NCBI GenBank assembly: GCA_965198115.1
Contig: OZ240241.1
Coordinates: 5,760,001-5,824,000, forward strand
Length of the DNA: 64,000 nucleotides
Reading direction: 5' to 3'
Source: Candidatus Latescibacterota bacterium
GTDB taxonomy: Bacteria > Latescibacterota > UBA2968
The stretch's first letter is position 1. The number at the start of each line of letters is the position of its first letter. The position numbers and the translations under genes were made by a program. Shown here one piece after another: positions 22,831-33,698 of the stretch. The notes beneath the pieces are model-generated. The model saw nothing but the letters and a program-made list of their open reading frames with translations. It made no database searches and was not told the DNA's origin.

Positions 22831-23919
22831 TCACGGGTTTCCCATTCGCAGAGATCGGTCCTCCACGGGCAGGTCGACGCGGACATTTCCGCGGCGGTGT
22901 GACTCGCGGATGGCGATGCCGGTTTCGAGTGCTTCGCGGCCGAATTCGCCGGGGCAGACTTCCTCGCGCCCCTTTTCGACCGATCGGCAGACGCCTTCGA
23001 TGGCGTCGACCATGGAGCTTCTTGGATGCCAGGGACCCGGGAGTTGCGTTCTTGTCGGTGCACCTGTGATGGGGTGGGGCGACTGGATTTCGAATTGGGA
23101 ATGGGCGTGCCGGGAGATGATGCGGCCGGTTTCGCCGATGAACTCGATGGCCCAACTGGACTGAACGTTCTCGACGCGCGAGTTTAGAAGGGTGTGGACG
23201 CCGTTCTCGTAAACGATCGTACCGGAGCCCGGGATGTCTTCGTCGGTGGCTGCGCGTTCGTCGGTGTCGATGATGCCAACGACCCATTTTGCGGGGGCAC
23301 CGACAAAGAGCCGAATCAGCGCGAGGCTGTGGCTCCCAATGTTCGAGAGGGGGCTGGGGCTGTGGCAGACGACGGATTTCAACGAGCCGATGATGCCGTC
23401 GGCGATGAGCTGTCGTGCTTTGGTGTAGTAGCTGTACCAGTTGAGGTGACAGGCGATGGCAAGGATTGTGCCGCTCTTTGCGCAAGCTTCGATCATCGCG
23501 TCGGCCTCAGCGAGGGTACGACACATCGGTTTCGTGGCGTAGATGGCTTTAACGCCCATTTCGGCTAGACCGATGGTGATCTCGGCGCGCGGCTCGGGAC
23601 GTGTGGTGAGGCAGACTACGTCGGGCCGCTCTTTCTCAACCATTGCGCGATAGTCTGTGTAGAGGGCTTCGGTGCCCCAGCGACGGCCGAAATCATCGAG
23701 CTTGCTTTGTTCGGCATCGGCAGCGGCGATGAGGTCGATCCCCCGCGCTTCGATCATGGCCGGTGCGTGCGCCCAGGGCCAGGGGTAGTTGGGCATGTCG
23801 ATGTGTTCGTCGTCGATCGTGCTGCCCATGCGGCCACAGCCGACGACGGCGCCGCGATAGGTATTTTTCGGTGCGGTGTCGCTAACAACCTGGAATGCCA
23901 TGCCCTTGGACTCAGCCAT
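22831..23919 (-). CDS. Gfo/Idh/MocA family oxidoreductase
   Basis: VVGCGRMG, ATKPM, IGSH. Confidence 0.88.
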   Translation of the reverse strand: MAESKGMAFQVVSDTAPKNTYRGAVVGCGRMGSTIDDEHIDMPNYPWPWAHAPAMIEARGIDLIAAADAEQSKLDDFGRRWGTEALYTDYRAMVEKERPDVVCLTTRPEPRAEITIGLAEMGVKAIYATKPMCRTLAEADAMIEACAKSGTILAIACHLNWYSYYTKARQLIADGIIGSLKSVVCHSPSPLSNIGSHSLALIRLFVGAPAKWVVGIIDTDERAATDEDIPGSGTIVYENGVHTLLNSRVENVQSSWAIEFIGETGRIISRHAHSQFEIQSPHPITGAPTRTQLPGPWHPRSSMVDAIEGVCRSVEKGREEVCPGEFGREALETGIAIRESHRRGNVRVDLPVEDRSLRMGNP

Positions 23920-25150
23920 CGTCGTCCTCGTAAAACCAATCGATTGGGAGGATACGTCGTTTGCGTGCCTGTGAGCGCCACTCTCGCCCCCATCCACCAT
24001 GGCCGTCGGGCTCATCCGTGGCGTAGCAATCGATGCGGTATTCGTATTCGAGAAAGGCTTTCCCTCCGGCGAAGTTCAAGTTGGCGTAGCTGAACATCCC
24101 ATGATCCGCCGGCAAGTCGCCGACTTCGTCGAAGGAGCGGACGAAGGTGGGTTCGACCGGAGGGCGGACCCAGGCTACGTTGGCATCGACGCCCCCGACT
24201 TCGATCGTTTTAAAGTGAACCCAGGATTGTCCACCATCCTTGGATACGGCAGAGGAGAGGCGGCATCTGCGACCGCCGAGCTCGATTTCCTTCATCGAGA
24301 CTTGATTCCACACGCAGATGAGATCACCTGATTCGGGTACGGCACTGAGTCGGGCTGGAGAGTAGGAGGAGGAGAGTGGGCTGGGTTCGGGCATGCTCCA
24401 CGTTTCGCCCTCGTCTTCGCTCCAGGATTGGAAGAGGACGCCTAGCGTGGTCCGCATGACCATCAGCAAGCGACCGTCCGAGGTCGGGGCGATGTCAGGC
24501 TCGTCGCAGGGGAACATTCCGCCGAAACCATCCTTCCACCAGACGTAGATCTTGCCCTCGCTCTGCGTCCACGTCTTTCCCTCATCGTCGGAATACATGA
24601 CGAAGCCGATGTCCATCTCCGGGGAATGGGCGTGTCCTTCGATGGCGACACGCTTGCCCTCGATGTTGCCGTAGCCGTGCAGGAGGGTCGGTCTGGTGTA
24701 GTGTGATGGGTTGACGGCGCGGAAGGGGATGACGATGCGACCGCTGGGCATGACGGTCATCGTGTCGTGCCAGGCCCAGACGATGCCCTCGACGAAGTCG
24801 ATGCGCGTTTCGGCCGACCACGTTTGCCCCTCGTCGCTCGAGGTGCGAAAGAGGCTGACGTAGACCGTGGGGCGCCCGGGCTTCTGCTCCTCGCGATTGT
24901 AAAGGATGGCCAGATCGCCCGATTTCAGGCGGGAGAGGCTGAAGTTGCGTCCTCCGGTGACGGGTTCCCCACGATCATCTACGACGAGCTGGTTTTCCCA
25001 CGTCGATCCGCCGTCGGTGGAGATGGAGGCTTTCAGGCCGTTCATGAGACGGAGGAGGCGTCCCTCGGAGATTTCGCAGACACAGGAACTGCCTTCGTCA
25101 GACAGGATTTCGTCCGTATCGGTTCCGGCCACGGCTGACATGGATGGCAA
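23912..25150 (-). CDS. BNR/Asp-box sialidase-like protein
   Basis: Five SxDxGxTW-type Asp boxes; CDEP; MRT. Confidence 0.85.
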   Translation of the reverse strand: MPSMSAVAGTDTDEILSDEGSSCVCEISEGRLLRLMNGLKASISTDGGSTWENQLVVDDRGEPVTGGRNFSLSRLKSGDLAILYNREEQKPGRPTVYVSLFRTSSDEGQTWSAETRIDFVEGIVWAWHDTMTVMPSGRIVIPFRAVNPSHYTRPTLLHGYGNIEGKRVAIEGHAHSPEMDIGFVMYSDDEGKTWTQSEGKIYVWWKDGFGGMFPCDEPDIAPTSDGRLLMVMRTTLGVLFQSWSEDEGETWSMPEPSPLSSSYSPARLSAVPESGDLICVWNQVSMKEIELGGRRCRLSSAVSKDGGQSWVHFKTIEVGGVDANVAWVRPPVEPTFVRSFDEVGDLPADHGMFSYANLNFAGGKAFLEYEYRIDCYATDEPDGHGGWGREWRSQARKRRILPIDWFYEDDDG

Positions 25151-25573
25151 CTCCGTTGAGAAGCTGGGGTGAAACGTTGGGCGTGCCCGCTAAGAAAGCC
25201 TATGGGGGAGGAAAAGTAAAAAGGGAAAGAGGAAAATGAAAAATGGGGGCAGGCGTTGCGTCTTCGAGCGGGAGGCTGTACCGTAGACGCGGCGAGTGAT
25301 ACAACGAACGTGCTTGTTTTGCCAAAGATGCCGTTCGTCCTTCGATATGACGGGCGACGCTTTTTTCGCTCTGTGGCAGCGATTGCCAGGTCTGGCGAGA
25401 CGTCTACTCAGGATGAACGGCAGGTCGATGGCAGGACCCGTATCCGCTCGTCCTGAGTAGCGATATCGTGGATCTACCTGCTGCTCTGTTACACGAGAGG
25501 CAGATTCGCATATCGAAGGATGAGCGTTCAAGGAGATGACGATGCACACCGCTACTGAAAGATGGAGGACAGG

Positions 25574-26572
25574 ATGGCTTTGAAGTTCGCTTATCTGGGG
25601 GCGTGGCACAGTCACGCGACGATGCACGTACGGGAAGCCAAGGAACGTCCCGAAGAATCGCAGCTTGTGGGGTTCTTCGATCCGGATCCAGAAGTCGTGG
25701 CAAAGCGGAAGAAGGAATGGAAAGAGTACTTCGACGACTTTCAGGTTTTCGAGTCGGCAAAGGCGTTGCTCGAAAGTGAAGTGGATGCGGTGATCGTCGA
25801 AGGGCACGTGTATCAGAATCTGGACTATGCGGAGCAGGCGCTGGAAGCGGGGAAGCACGTTCTGCTGGAGAAACCGGCTGGATCGAATCTCGAACAGTTC
25901 AAGAAAGTTCAGAAGCTCTCGGCTGATAAGGGGCTCGCACTGAACTTGGCCTATATGTGGCGCTACAATCCGGCGATTCACGAGACGATCAAGCTGACCC
26001 AGTGGGGACGGATGGGCCAGATCTACGGGTATCGCGGTCACATCCCGAAGCCCAAGTCGTGGCACAAGGAGCTGTATACTGAATACAACGCGTATCACGG
26101 TGGGATCTACTTCGAGATGGCGGGGCACTTGGTCGACAATATGGTGGCGTTGATGGGTGAGCCAATTGCGGTCCATCCTTTCCTGCGGTGCCACTATGGG
26201 GATCGAGAAGAAGTCGACAATGCCGTGGTCGTACACGAATACGAGGACGGGCTGGCGCAGATCGATATGGGGGGGATGCAGATCGGGAGTGCGCGTCGCA
26301 TCGAGGTGCACGGCACGGAGGGGACGGCGATTCACGCGCCGATCGGGTCGGGAAACCTGAGTCTATGCTTCGAGAAGAAAACAGATGAATATGCGGAGGG
26401 TTGGCAGGATCTCGAGTTAGGCGCGACGGGATCAAACTGGTCTTTGCTGCGGGAACTCAGTGCGTGCGTGGAAGGCACTAAAGAGCCGGACTACTCACCG
26501 ACGCACGACTTGACGGTGCAGAAGGTTCTGCTGGAGGGGTGTGGTGTTAAGGATGGAAATGCTCTGAGATAG
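25574..26572 (+). CDS. Gfo/Idh/MocA family oxidoreductase
   Basis: HVLLEKP, YMWRY, GHLVD; GGAGGA RBS. Confidence 0.9.
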   Translation: MALKFAYLGAWHSHATMHVREAKERPEESQLVGFFDPDPEVVAKRKKEWKEYFDDFQVFESAKALLESEVDAVIVEGHVYQNLDYAEQALEAGKHVLLEKPAGSNLEQFKKVQKLSADKGLALNLAYMWRYNPAIHETIKLTQWGRMGQIYGYRGHIPKPKSWHKELYTEYNAYHGGIYFEMAGHLVDNMVALMGEPIAVHPFLRCHYGDREEVDNAVVVHEYEDGLAQIDMGGMQIGSARRIEVHGTEGTAIHAPIGSGNLSLCFEKKTDEYAEGWQDLELGATGSNWSLLRELSACVEGTKEPDYSPTHDLTVQKVLLEGCGVKDGNALR

Positions 26573-26820
26573 AAAATAGAACATTGAAAACTGAATATGT
26601 GAAGGCAAGGGGGCTGCGCCGGATTGGGAATCGGCGTGGCCCTTTCTGTATGGGATCCATCGGTAGGTTTGGGGCTGGAGTAGGTTGCGGAATCCGTGAC
26701 CATTTCGTGACAAAAAGGGTAATCATCTGTGATGCCTCTGGCTGTCGTTGGCCGATATTTATGCTGGAACCGCACGAACTGAGATTTCAAGGGGGCCGAA
26801 CTCAGCGGAAGGAGATGGTG

Positions 26821-27648
26821 ATGAACCGGAGATCCTGGTTTACGATTCTGATTTGCGGTCTGTTTTGGGCCGGATCGGCGGAAGGCGCGGCGTGGAGCCA
26901 GAAAGAGGGCCACTATTACGCGAAAGTGTCGGGGATTTTCTACTCCGCGGATGAGCTTTTCGATGGCGGTGGAAATCGGCACTCCAATCCACTGAACGAG
27001 ACGTTCAACTCCGCACAGGCTTTTGTATACGTCGAGTATGGTCTACGCGATCGTCTTACGGTGATCGGGGCGACGAGCGGGGGCCGTCTGAAGTCGAAGA
27101 TCGGGCAGACGAGTTTGTCTACGTCCGCCTTGAGCGATCTGGACATCGGCGCAAAGTTTCAGCTGACGGACGGACCTGTGGTGATCGCTCCGTATGTCAA
27201 GTTCAAGGTTCCGACCGGTTACAATGAAGCTGCCGTTCCAGCGGTCGGGACTGGAGATGTGGATTTCGAAGCAAGGTTACTGGCTTCCGGCTCGTTCTAT
27301 CCAGTGCCGGTCTACGTGGGTACGGAGCTTGGGATGCGGGTTCGTTCGGGGAGGTTTTCCAATCAGGTGCCTTACGTCCTAGAAATCGGAGCAACCCCGA
27401 GCCCGAAGCTGTTTCTTAAGGTGGTTCTGGACGGTGTCAACACCCTGATCGGGAGCGGGGGGAATCTGGGAGCGATGGGCTCGATGTCGATGCAGGTTTC
27501 GGAGGGAGATTTCACGAAGGTCGGCTTCAACGCGGCATTCAATGTGACAGGGAAGGTCTGGATCGACGCGACGTATGACACCATCTTTCGCGGGAAGAAC
27601 GTTGGGGCTGGACGGGCGTTTGGTATCGGGCTATCGATCAGTTATTGA
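26821..27648 (+). CDS. Secreted, probably outer-membrane beta-barrel protein of unknown function
   Basis: Signal peptide ending AEG-AAW; YVEYGL, KVPTGY; amphipathic strands; C-terminal aromatic residue. Confidence 0.65.
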   Translation: MNRRSWFTILICGLFWAGSAEGAAWSQKEGHYYAKVSGIFYSADELFDGGGNRHSNPLNETFNSAQAFVYVEYGLRDRLTVIGATSGGRLKSKIGQTSLSTSALSDLDIGAKFQLTDGPVVIAPYVKFKVPTGYNEAAVPAVGTGDVDFEARLLASGSFYPVPVYVGTELGMRVRSGRFSNQVPYVLEIGATPSPKLFLKVVLDGVNTLIGSGGNLGAMGSMSMQVSEGDFTKVGFNAAFNVTGKVWIDATYDTIFRGKNVGAGRAFGIGLSISY

Positions 27649-27674
27649 ACTTCACGAAGACCATAAAATGGCCA

Positions 27675-28676
27675 CTAACCCCAGACCTCACCAAAGAGCC
27701 TCAGCCAATTCCCACCTATGACTTTGGCCACATCCGATTCGGTGTGGCTCCGTCTCAGTAATTCCAAAGCCACGTTGGAAAAGCTGTCGGGGGTTTCCAT
27801 TCCTTTGGGATGGATCAGAGAATCGGGGTAGGGGAAGGCCCGCGCCTGATACTTCGTGCCTTGTTGCGAAAAGATCCAATCGAAGAAGGAGGCGGGCTGA
27901 TCTTGCGTGTAGTCGGTTCCGATCGCGACGTGATCGACGCCCACGCGACGGATCAGGTCTTCGATCGCGTCCACGTATTCTTCGAGTGTGGTGTCGAATC
28001 TGTTGGGGAAGAAGGCGGGGAAGGCATTGGCGCCGATGACGCCTCCCTTCGCGACGAGGCGGTCGAGCGCTTCGTCGGTCTTGTTCCGTACGTGATCGAA
28101 GAAGGCGCGGGCGTTTGCGTGGGTGAAGGCGACTGGCTGCTCAGACGCTTCGATGGTCTCGAGCGACGTGCGGTCTCCGACGTGGGAGAGATCGATGAGG
28201 ATGCCCAGGCGATTCATCTCGCGGATCGCGTCCAGACCGAAGTTGCTCAGGCCTTCGTCCCTTCGTTCATAGCAGCCGTTCCCCAGTAGATTTCTCTCGT
28301 TGTAGGTGACCTGGATGATCCGAACGCCGAGCGCGTGGAAGATCTCCAGGCGGTCCAGGTCGTTTTCGATGGGTGATGCGTTCTGCCACCCGAAGATGAT
28401 GCCCACCTTGCCGTCTTTCTTGGCCTGCCTTATATCCTCCGCCGTCCGAACTTGACAAAGAACGTCCTCGTACTCCCTGAACCGGCGCAGCCAGGCCTCG
28501 ATGTTGTCCATCGCCTGGGCATAGTTCTCCCAGATGGCGCTGGTGGCATTGATGGCCGTTACGCCTCCGGCGTGTAGACTCTTGTAGACGGCTGGACTGT
28601 CCCAGTTGCTGACGTTCAGGCCGTCGATGACGATGGAATCTTTCCAGAGTTGGGTGGCTGTCTGTTCGACTGACAT
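27675..28676 (-). CDS. Membrane dipeptidase (peptidase M19) family protein
   Basis: QVTYN, IDLSH, THAN, RNKTD, IGTD, GGNWLR. Confidence 0.92.
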   Translation of the reverse strand: MSVEQTATQLWKDSIVIDGLNVSNWDSPAVYKSLHAGGVTAINATSAIWENYAQAMDNIEAWLRRFREYEDVLCQVRTAEDIRQAKKDGKVGIIFGWQNASPIENDLDRLEIFHALGVRIIQVTYNERNLLGNGCYERRDEGLSNFGLDAIREMNRLGILIDLSHVGDRTSLETIEASEQPVAFTHANARAFFDHVRNKTDEALDRLVAKGGVIGANAFPAFFPNRFDTTLEEYVDAIEDLIRRVGVDHVAIGTDYTQDQPASFFDWIFSQQGTKYQARAFPYPDSLIHPKGMETPDSFSNVALELLRRSHTESDVAKVIGGNWLRLFGEVWG

Positions 28677-28971
28677 TTCAGGCTTCCTGTTTGTTGGGTG
28701 CAGGGCGGCGATTCGCCAGTGCGGATTGGAAGAGCACGGCGATGATAAGCAGGATACAGGGACCGGCCACAATAGGCTGGCTCAACGGCAGCGCGAAAAT
28801 ATAGCTAGGTCGCCGAATGCTGTCATCACGGTGGTATCTTGAGCCAGGATCTATTTTCCTGCCCAATTGCGCGTTAAGCAGCGAAATTGGACCCTCCCTC
28901 CCCTTCGGTCGGGACAGGCTCCCGAGAAGCTGTGAGTAACCTTACGATTTCGGAGACATTGGGAACACCAG

Positions 28972-31188
28972 ATGGGTAAACAGAACTTGAAACCTTTAGA
29001 TGATACCGACCCGCTCACACTGGAAGGTGACATCCCGTCCCGACTCGTGGATGGGGCTGATCGCTTTCTCCTCCGAAAGCTGGAGGAGTCGATCGCGCGG
29101 CGTGCCGCGCATTGGTCGCGTGATGTGTCGTCCGCTGAAGCCTACGCCAAGTCCGTGAAGCCGAATCGGGAGCGGTTGGCGCACATTCTGGGTGTTCGTG
29201 ACGAGCGTGTTCCATTCACAGGTCTCGAGTTGACAGGCACAACGGATCAACCCTCGCTTGTGGGACGTGGGAATGGCTACGAGATCCACACGGTCAGATG
29301 GCCAGCGTTCGGAGATGTCCACGGTGAGGGAATCCTCTTGTCGCCGGAGCGAGAACCGATCGCGAATGTCGTAGCAATACCTGATGCAGCATTGACGCCG
29401 GAACAGATTGTGGGACTCGCCGATGGCGTTGCGCCCGAATCGCAGTACGCGGGTCGATTGGCCGAGTCTGGATGCCGCGTCGTCGTCCCGACGCTCGTCA
29501 ATCGCGGCGAAGCGATGGATGGGATCTCGAATCGCGAGTGGATCTACCGCTCGGCTTACGAGCTGGGTCGTCATCTGATTGGCTACGAGCTTCAGAAGAT
29601 CCTCGCGGCCGTCGATTGGTTCACACGCGAGTCAGATAGCGCTAGCATCGGCGTTATCGGATGGGGTGAAGGCGGGATGCTTGCGCTCTATGCAGCCGCG
29701 CTGGACGAGCGGATCGATGCGACCTGTGTGAACGGCCATTTCTCGTCACGTCAGGAGATGTGGAAGGAGCCGATCGAACGGAACGTCTTCGGGTTGCTCG
29801 AGCAGTTCGGTGATGCGGAGGTTGCGAGTCTTGTGGCGCCGCGCTCGCTGATCATTGAAGCGTCGCGTGGGCCTGAAGCCCACGTGGGAAATGGCGAGGG
29901 CAGGGGTGCACCCTACGATCTCGCAACACCCGATCCCCAGACTGTCCGTGACGAGTTCGAACGCGCTCAGACTCTGATCGATGACCTCGATCCGACACCC
30001 AGCTTGAGTCTTGTTGTGAGTGGGGATGGGACAGGACCGTTCGGTTCAGACGAAGCGCTGAATCGATTTCTGGGAGCAATGAGTGAGGGTTCATCCGTTG
30101 CGTCCAACGGGGCACGACCGGAGGCGGTCGGATCGCTCCCGGATGCAGCCCTACGACACGAGCGACAGGTTCACGAGTTGGATCGTCACAATCAGTGGCT
30201 GCTCGTGGAGTGCGCCAAAACGCGCGACGCCTACTTCGAGGATCTGGATTGCACGTCGCTCGAGACGTTCGAGAGAACGATCGAGCCTTACAGAGAGTAC
30301 TTCGCTGAAGAGGTGATCGGTCGGTTCGATGACGAACTGCTTCCATTCAATGCGCGAACTCGTCTTTCCTATGACGAAAAAGGATGGACGGGCTACGAAG
30401 TCGTCCTGGATGTGTTCGAGGATCTGATTGCGTATGGGATTCTGGCTTTGCCGGATGATCTGGAAGAAGGCGAGCGACGTCCGGTGGTGGTCTGCCAGCA
30501 CGGACTGGAAGGACGGACGCAAGTTGTGGTTGACGGGACACGTGAAGCCTACAGCAACTGGGGGCCGCGTCTCTGCGAGCAGGGCTTCATCGTGTTCGCG
30601 CCACAGAATCTCTACATCTTCACGGATCGATTCAGAAGTCTTCAGCGGAAGGCGTATCCGTTGAAGAAGACGCTGTTCTCGATGATCATTCCGCAACACC
30701 AGCAGATCACGGATTGGTTGAAGACGTTGCCGTTCGTCGATCCGGAACGCATCGCGTTCTACGGGATCAGCTATGGCGGGAAGACGGCGATGCGGGTTCC
30801 GCCGCTGGTCGATAACTACTGTCTGGCGATCTGTTGCGCGGATTTCAACGAGTGGGTGTGGAAGAACGCGTCGACGTCGAGCCCGTATAGCTATTCGAAC
30901 AGGGGTGAATACGAGATCTTCGAGTTCGATCTGGGGAGCACGTTCAACTACGCCGAGATGAGTCGGCTGATCTGCCCGCGACCGTTTATGGTCGAGCGGG
31001 GGCACCACGATGGCGTCGCGCCGGATGAGACGGTGGCTTACGAGTTTGCCAAGACACAGCGACACTACGATCTGTTGGGAATCGGGGACCGGGCGGAGAT
31101 GGAGGTGTTCGTGGGGGGACACGAGATTCATCTGGAGGGGACGCTTGCCTTCTTGCGGAAGCATCTAAGGTGGCGAGGGGGACGTTAG
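28972..31188 (+). CDS. Double-domain alpha/beta hydrolase (dienelactone hydrolase/acetyl esterase-like)
   Basis: N-domain GWGEGG (nucleophile absent); C-domain GISYGG, HHD, GGHE. Confidence 0.8.
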   Translation: MGKQNLKPLDDTDPLTLEGDIPSRLVDGADRFLLRKLEESIARRAAHWSRDVSSAEAYAKSVKPNRERLAHILGVRDERVPFTGLELTGTTDQPSLVGRGNGYEIHTVRWPAFGDVHGEGILLSPEREPIANVVAIPDAALTPEQIVGLADGVAPESQYAGRLAESGCRVVVPTLVNRGEAMDGISNREWIYRSAYELGRHLIGYELQKILAAVDWFTRESDSASIGVIGWGEGGMLALYAAALDERIDATCVNGHFSSRQEMWKEPIERNVFGLLEQFGDAEVASLVAPRSLIIEASRGPEAHVGNGEGRGAPYDLATPDPQTVRDEFERAQTLIDDLDPTPSLSLVVSGDGTGPFGSDEALNRFLGAMSEGSSVASNGARPEAVGSLPDAALRHERQVHELDRHNQWLLVECAKTRDAYFEDLDCTSLETFERTIEPYREYFAEEVIGRFDDELLPFNARTRLSYDEKGWTGYEVVLDVFEDLIAYGILALPDDLEEGERRPVVVCQHGLEGRTQVVVDGTREAYSNWGPRLCEQGFIVFAPQNLYIFTDRFRSLQRKAYPLKKTLFSMIIPQHQQITDWLKTLPFVDPERIAFYGISYGGKTAMRVPPLVDNYCLAICCADFNEWVWKNASTSSPYSYSNRGEYEIFEFDLGSTFNYAEMSRLICPRPFMVERGHHDGVAPDETVAYEFAKTQRHYDLLGIGDRAEMEVFVGGHEIHLEGTLAFLRKHLRWRGGR

Positions 31189-31228
31189 CCAAACGAGCGC
31201 CGGGGAACTTGGGACGCCAAGACGCTAA

Positions 31229-32520
31229 GGGTTGCCACGAAATAAGTGCTGCACTTTTCAAGGTAATGATCTTACGCTCGGAGTGTGGACGTCGAAACTC
31301 TCCGAACGAAGTATGAAGCCTTGGCTCCGGTGCTGACGGAACGCACGCGTCGTCTGTGGGCCGCCACGGAAGCCGAAGCGTTGGGTCACGGTGGGATCGC
31401 GATTGTGGCTCTGGCGACAGGAATGTCCAGAGAGCGGATCTTTCGTGGCATTCAGGAGTTGAGGTCGGACGAACCTTTGGACCCGGCTCGCATCCGGCGT
31501 CCAGGCGGCGGTCGTAAGCGGAAGGCCGACACGGACCCGACGCTGTGGCAGGACCTGAATGATCTGGTCGAGCCAACGACTGCGGGGTCGCCTGACGACA
31601 ATCCTCTGAGATGGACATCGAAGAGCACTCGCAAACTGGCCGCCGAGTTGCAAGCGATGGGGCATTCGGTGAGCCCCAGGATCGTTGCCAATCTCCTGCA
31701 CGAACACGATTACACGCTGCAGGCGAATCGGAAGACAAGGGAGGGATCTGCACACCCGGATCGGGACGCTCAGTTCGTTTACCTCGATGATCGGATTAGC
31801 CAGCAGCAGCAGCAGGGCCTTCCCGTTATCTCGGTGGACACCAAGAAGAAAGAGTTGATCGGCGACTTCAAGAATCCTGGCCGAGAATGGCGACCCAAGG
31901 GAGACCCGGAGCGTGTGAAGGTACACGATTTCATAGTGCCTGCTCAGGGCAAGGCGATCCCTTATGGAGTGTATGATCTGAGCCGTGATGAAGGCTGGGT
32001 AAGTGTCGGTATCGATCACGACACGGCCAGCTTCGCCGTGAATGCGATCCGAAGTTGGTGGAAGAACATGGGACGGCCCGCCTACGGCACTTCGACGCGT
32101 CTGCTAATCACGGCGGACGCAGCGGCAGCAACGGCGCCAAGACGCGGCTGTGGAAGTGGGAGCTGCAGCGCTTTGCGAATCGCACTGGCCTGACGATCAC
32201 CGTATGCCACTACCCTCCTGGCACTAGTAAGTGGAACAAGATCGAACATCGCCTGTTCTCCTTCATCGCTATGAACTGGCAAGGCAAGCCCCTGGTCAGC
32301 CTGGCTGCAACCGTGAATCTCATTGCCGGAACGACCACTCAAGCCGGTCTCCGAGTACGCTCCGAGATCGACAAGCGACCCTACCCTAACGGGGTCAAGG
32401 TGACCGATGAACAGATGACCCAAATCGATCTCACTCCGCACGATTTCCACGGCGACTGGAACTACACGATCCGGCCAATGGCTCAACATTGAGATCGACC
32501 GTTTATTTATTCGCGAACCC
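31229..32520 (+). mobile_element. ISAzo13-family insertion sequence
   Basis: Termini GGGTTGCCACGAAATAA and TTATTTATTCGCGAACCC; TAA duplicated at 31226-31228 and 32521-32523. Confidence 0.9.
31285..32492 (+). CDS. ISAzo13 transposase, frameshift near 32118
   Basis: WTSKS, ISVDTKKKE, PPGTSKWNKIEHRLFS, FHGDWNY. Confidence 0.93.
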
Positions 32521-32787
32521 TAAGGCTCGAAGACGGGAAGACTGCAGAGAGCAGGGGTCGGGAGATGCTCAGAGAACGCGAAGGTTGCCGGTTGAACCAG
32601 CCCGCTTCAGCGGGCGGAGTTTATCCTGAGCGCAGTCAAAGGGCTGCCCTAGCATGGGGATTCATCCCCACGTGCGTTCGGCGCGGATTCTTTTTCGGGG
32701 CATTGGGCGGTTCTCGACGGAGTTTATCCTGAGCCTGCCGAAGGGCTCGAACTGACGCCGCCAACGTTGAAAGACAGGTGAACTGCA

Positions 32788-33501
32788 ATGACAGTCTACG
32801 ACTACGGAAGATCCTTCGTCACGTTCGTGACGCCGAATCGTGGAAACAATGCGCGGCTGCAGGTGGAGTCGGTGTGCTCGTTGACGGATCGACGGTCGGG
32901 GAAGACGACGGATTATTTCTTCTATGCATCGTGCAAGTCGGAGCATACGTTCGCGGAGAGGGATCTGTTCATCGAGGAGAATTACGATTTCTGTGGCATC
33001 TTCTCCGATGAGGAGTATGTGATCTTTCGAACACATTCGACTCACACGGATCGATTTCGTGATGAGGGGGTCTGGCGGGAGCGGTTCCAGGACATTCGTT
33101 TTGATATGGTGAGCGTCGAAGCGGAAGAACTTGATGGGACGCCGGCGATGGTTCAGGCGTCGTTGGACAATGTTCCGTTGGTCGGGCGAGTGGAGATTGG
33201 AGAGGGAAATCTAAGTGCGGCGATCGAGTTTCCGATCAAGACGATGAACGCGAACGACATCAGGCCCATTTACCAGGTGGATACGGGGCCGCTTCCGTTT
33301 CCTGATTTTTCGGCGAATGTGGATCTTCATATCAAGCGCCTCTCGCCAGCCTACGTGGCATACAATGCGCCAGATTTCGCGGATTTCGTGGTACAGCAGC
33401 CGGTGTCGGTGGGTGGGGTGATGGTGACGCACTATTCGAATCCCGTAAGCCTACCGGCGAAGACGTCGGTGTTGGCGGTGAAAGTCAAAGACTGCCACTG
33501 A
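32788..33501 (+). CDS. Hypothetical protein
   Basis: 237-aa ORF with genome-typical codon use; CKSE and QVDTGP motifs; no family recognised. Confidence 0.7.
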   Translation: MTVYDYGRSFVTFVTPNRGNNARLQVESVCSLTDRRSGKTTDYFFYASCKSEHTFAERDLFIEENYDFCGIFSDEEYVIFRTHSTHTDRFRDEGVWRERFQDIRFDMVSVEAEELDGTPAMVQASLDNVPLVGRVEIGEGNLSAAIEFPIKTMNANDIRPIYQVDTGPLPFPDFSANVDLHIKRLSPAYVAYNAPDFADFVVQQPVSVGGVMVTHYSNPVSLPAKTSVLAVKVKDCH

Positions 33502-33698
33502 GAACACGGAGAACATCCCTCGCCTTCGCTCGGGACAGGCTCCGGTTGGTGTTGGTCCGGACGGGACCGAGGCGCTATCCGTGGATCAGAAGCTGGATCG
33601 AGGAGTGAGTGTTAGACCCATTATTTAGCCCGCTTTAGCGGGCTTTGCTGCCGTTGCGTGGGACTTCAGTCCCACGTGCTCTGAATGGGAGAGGATCC

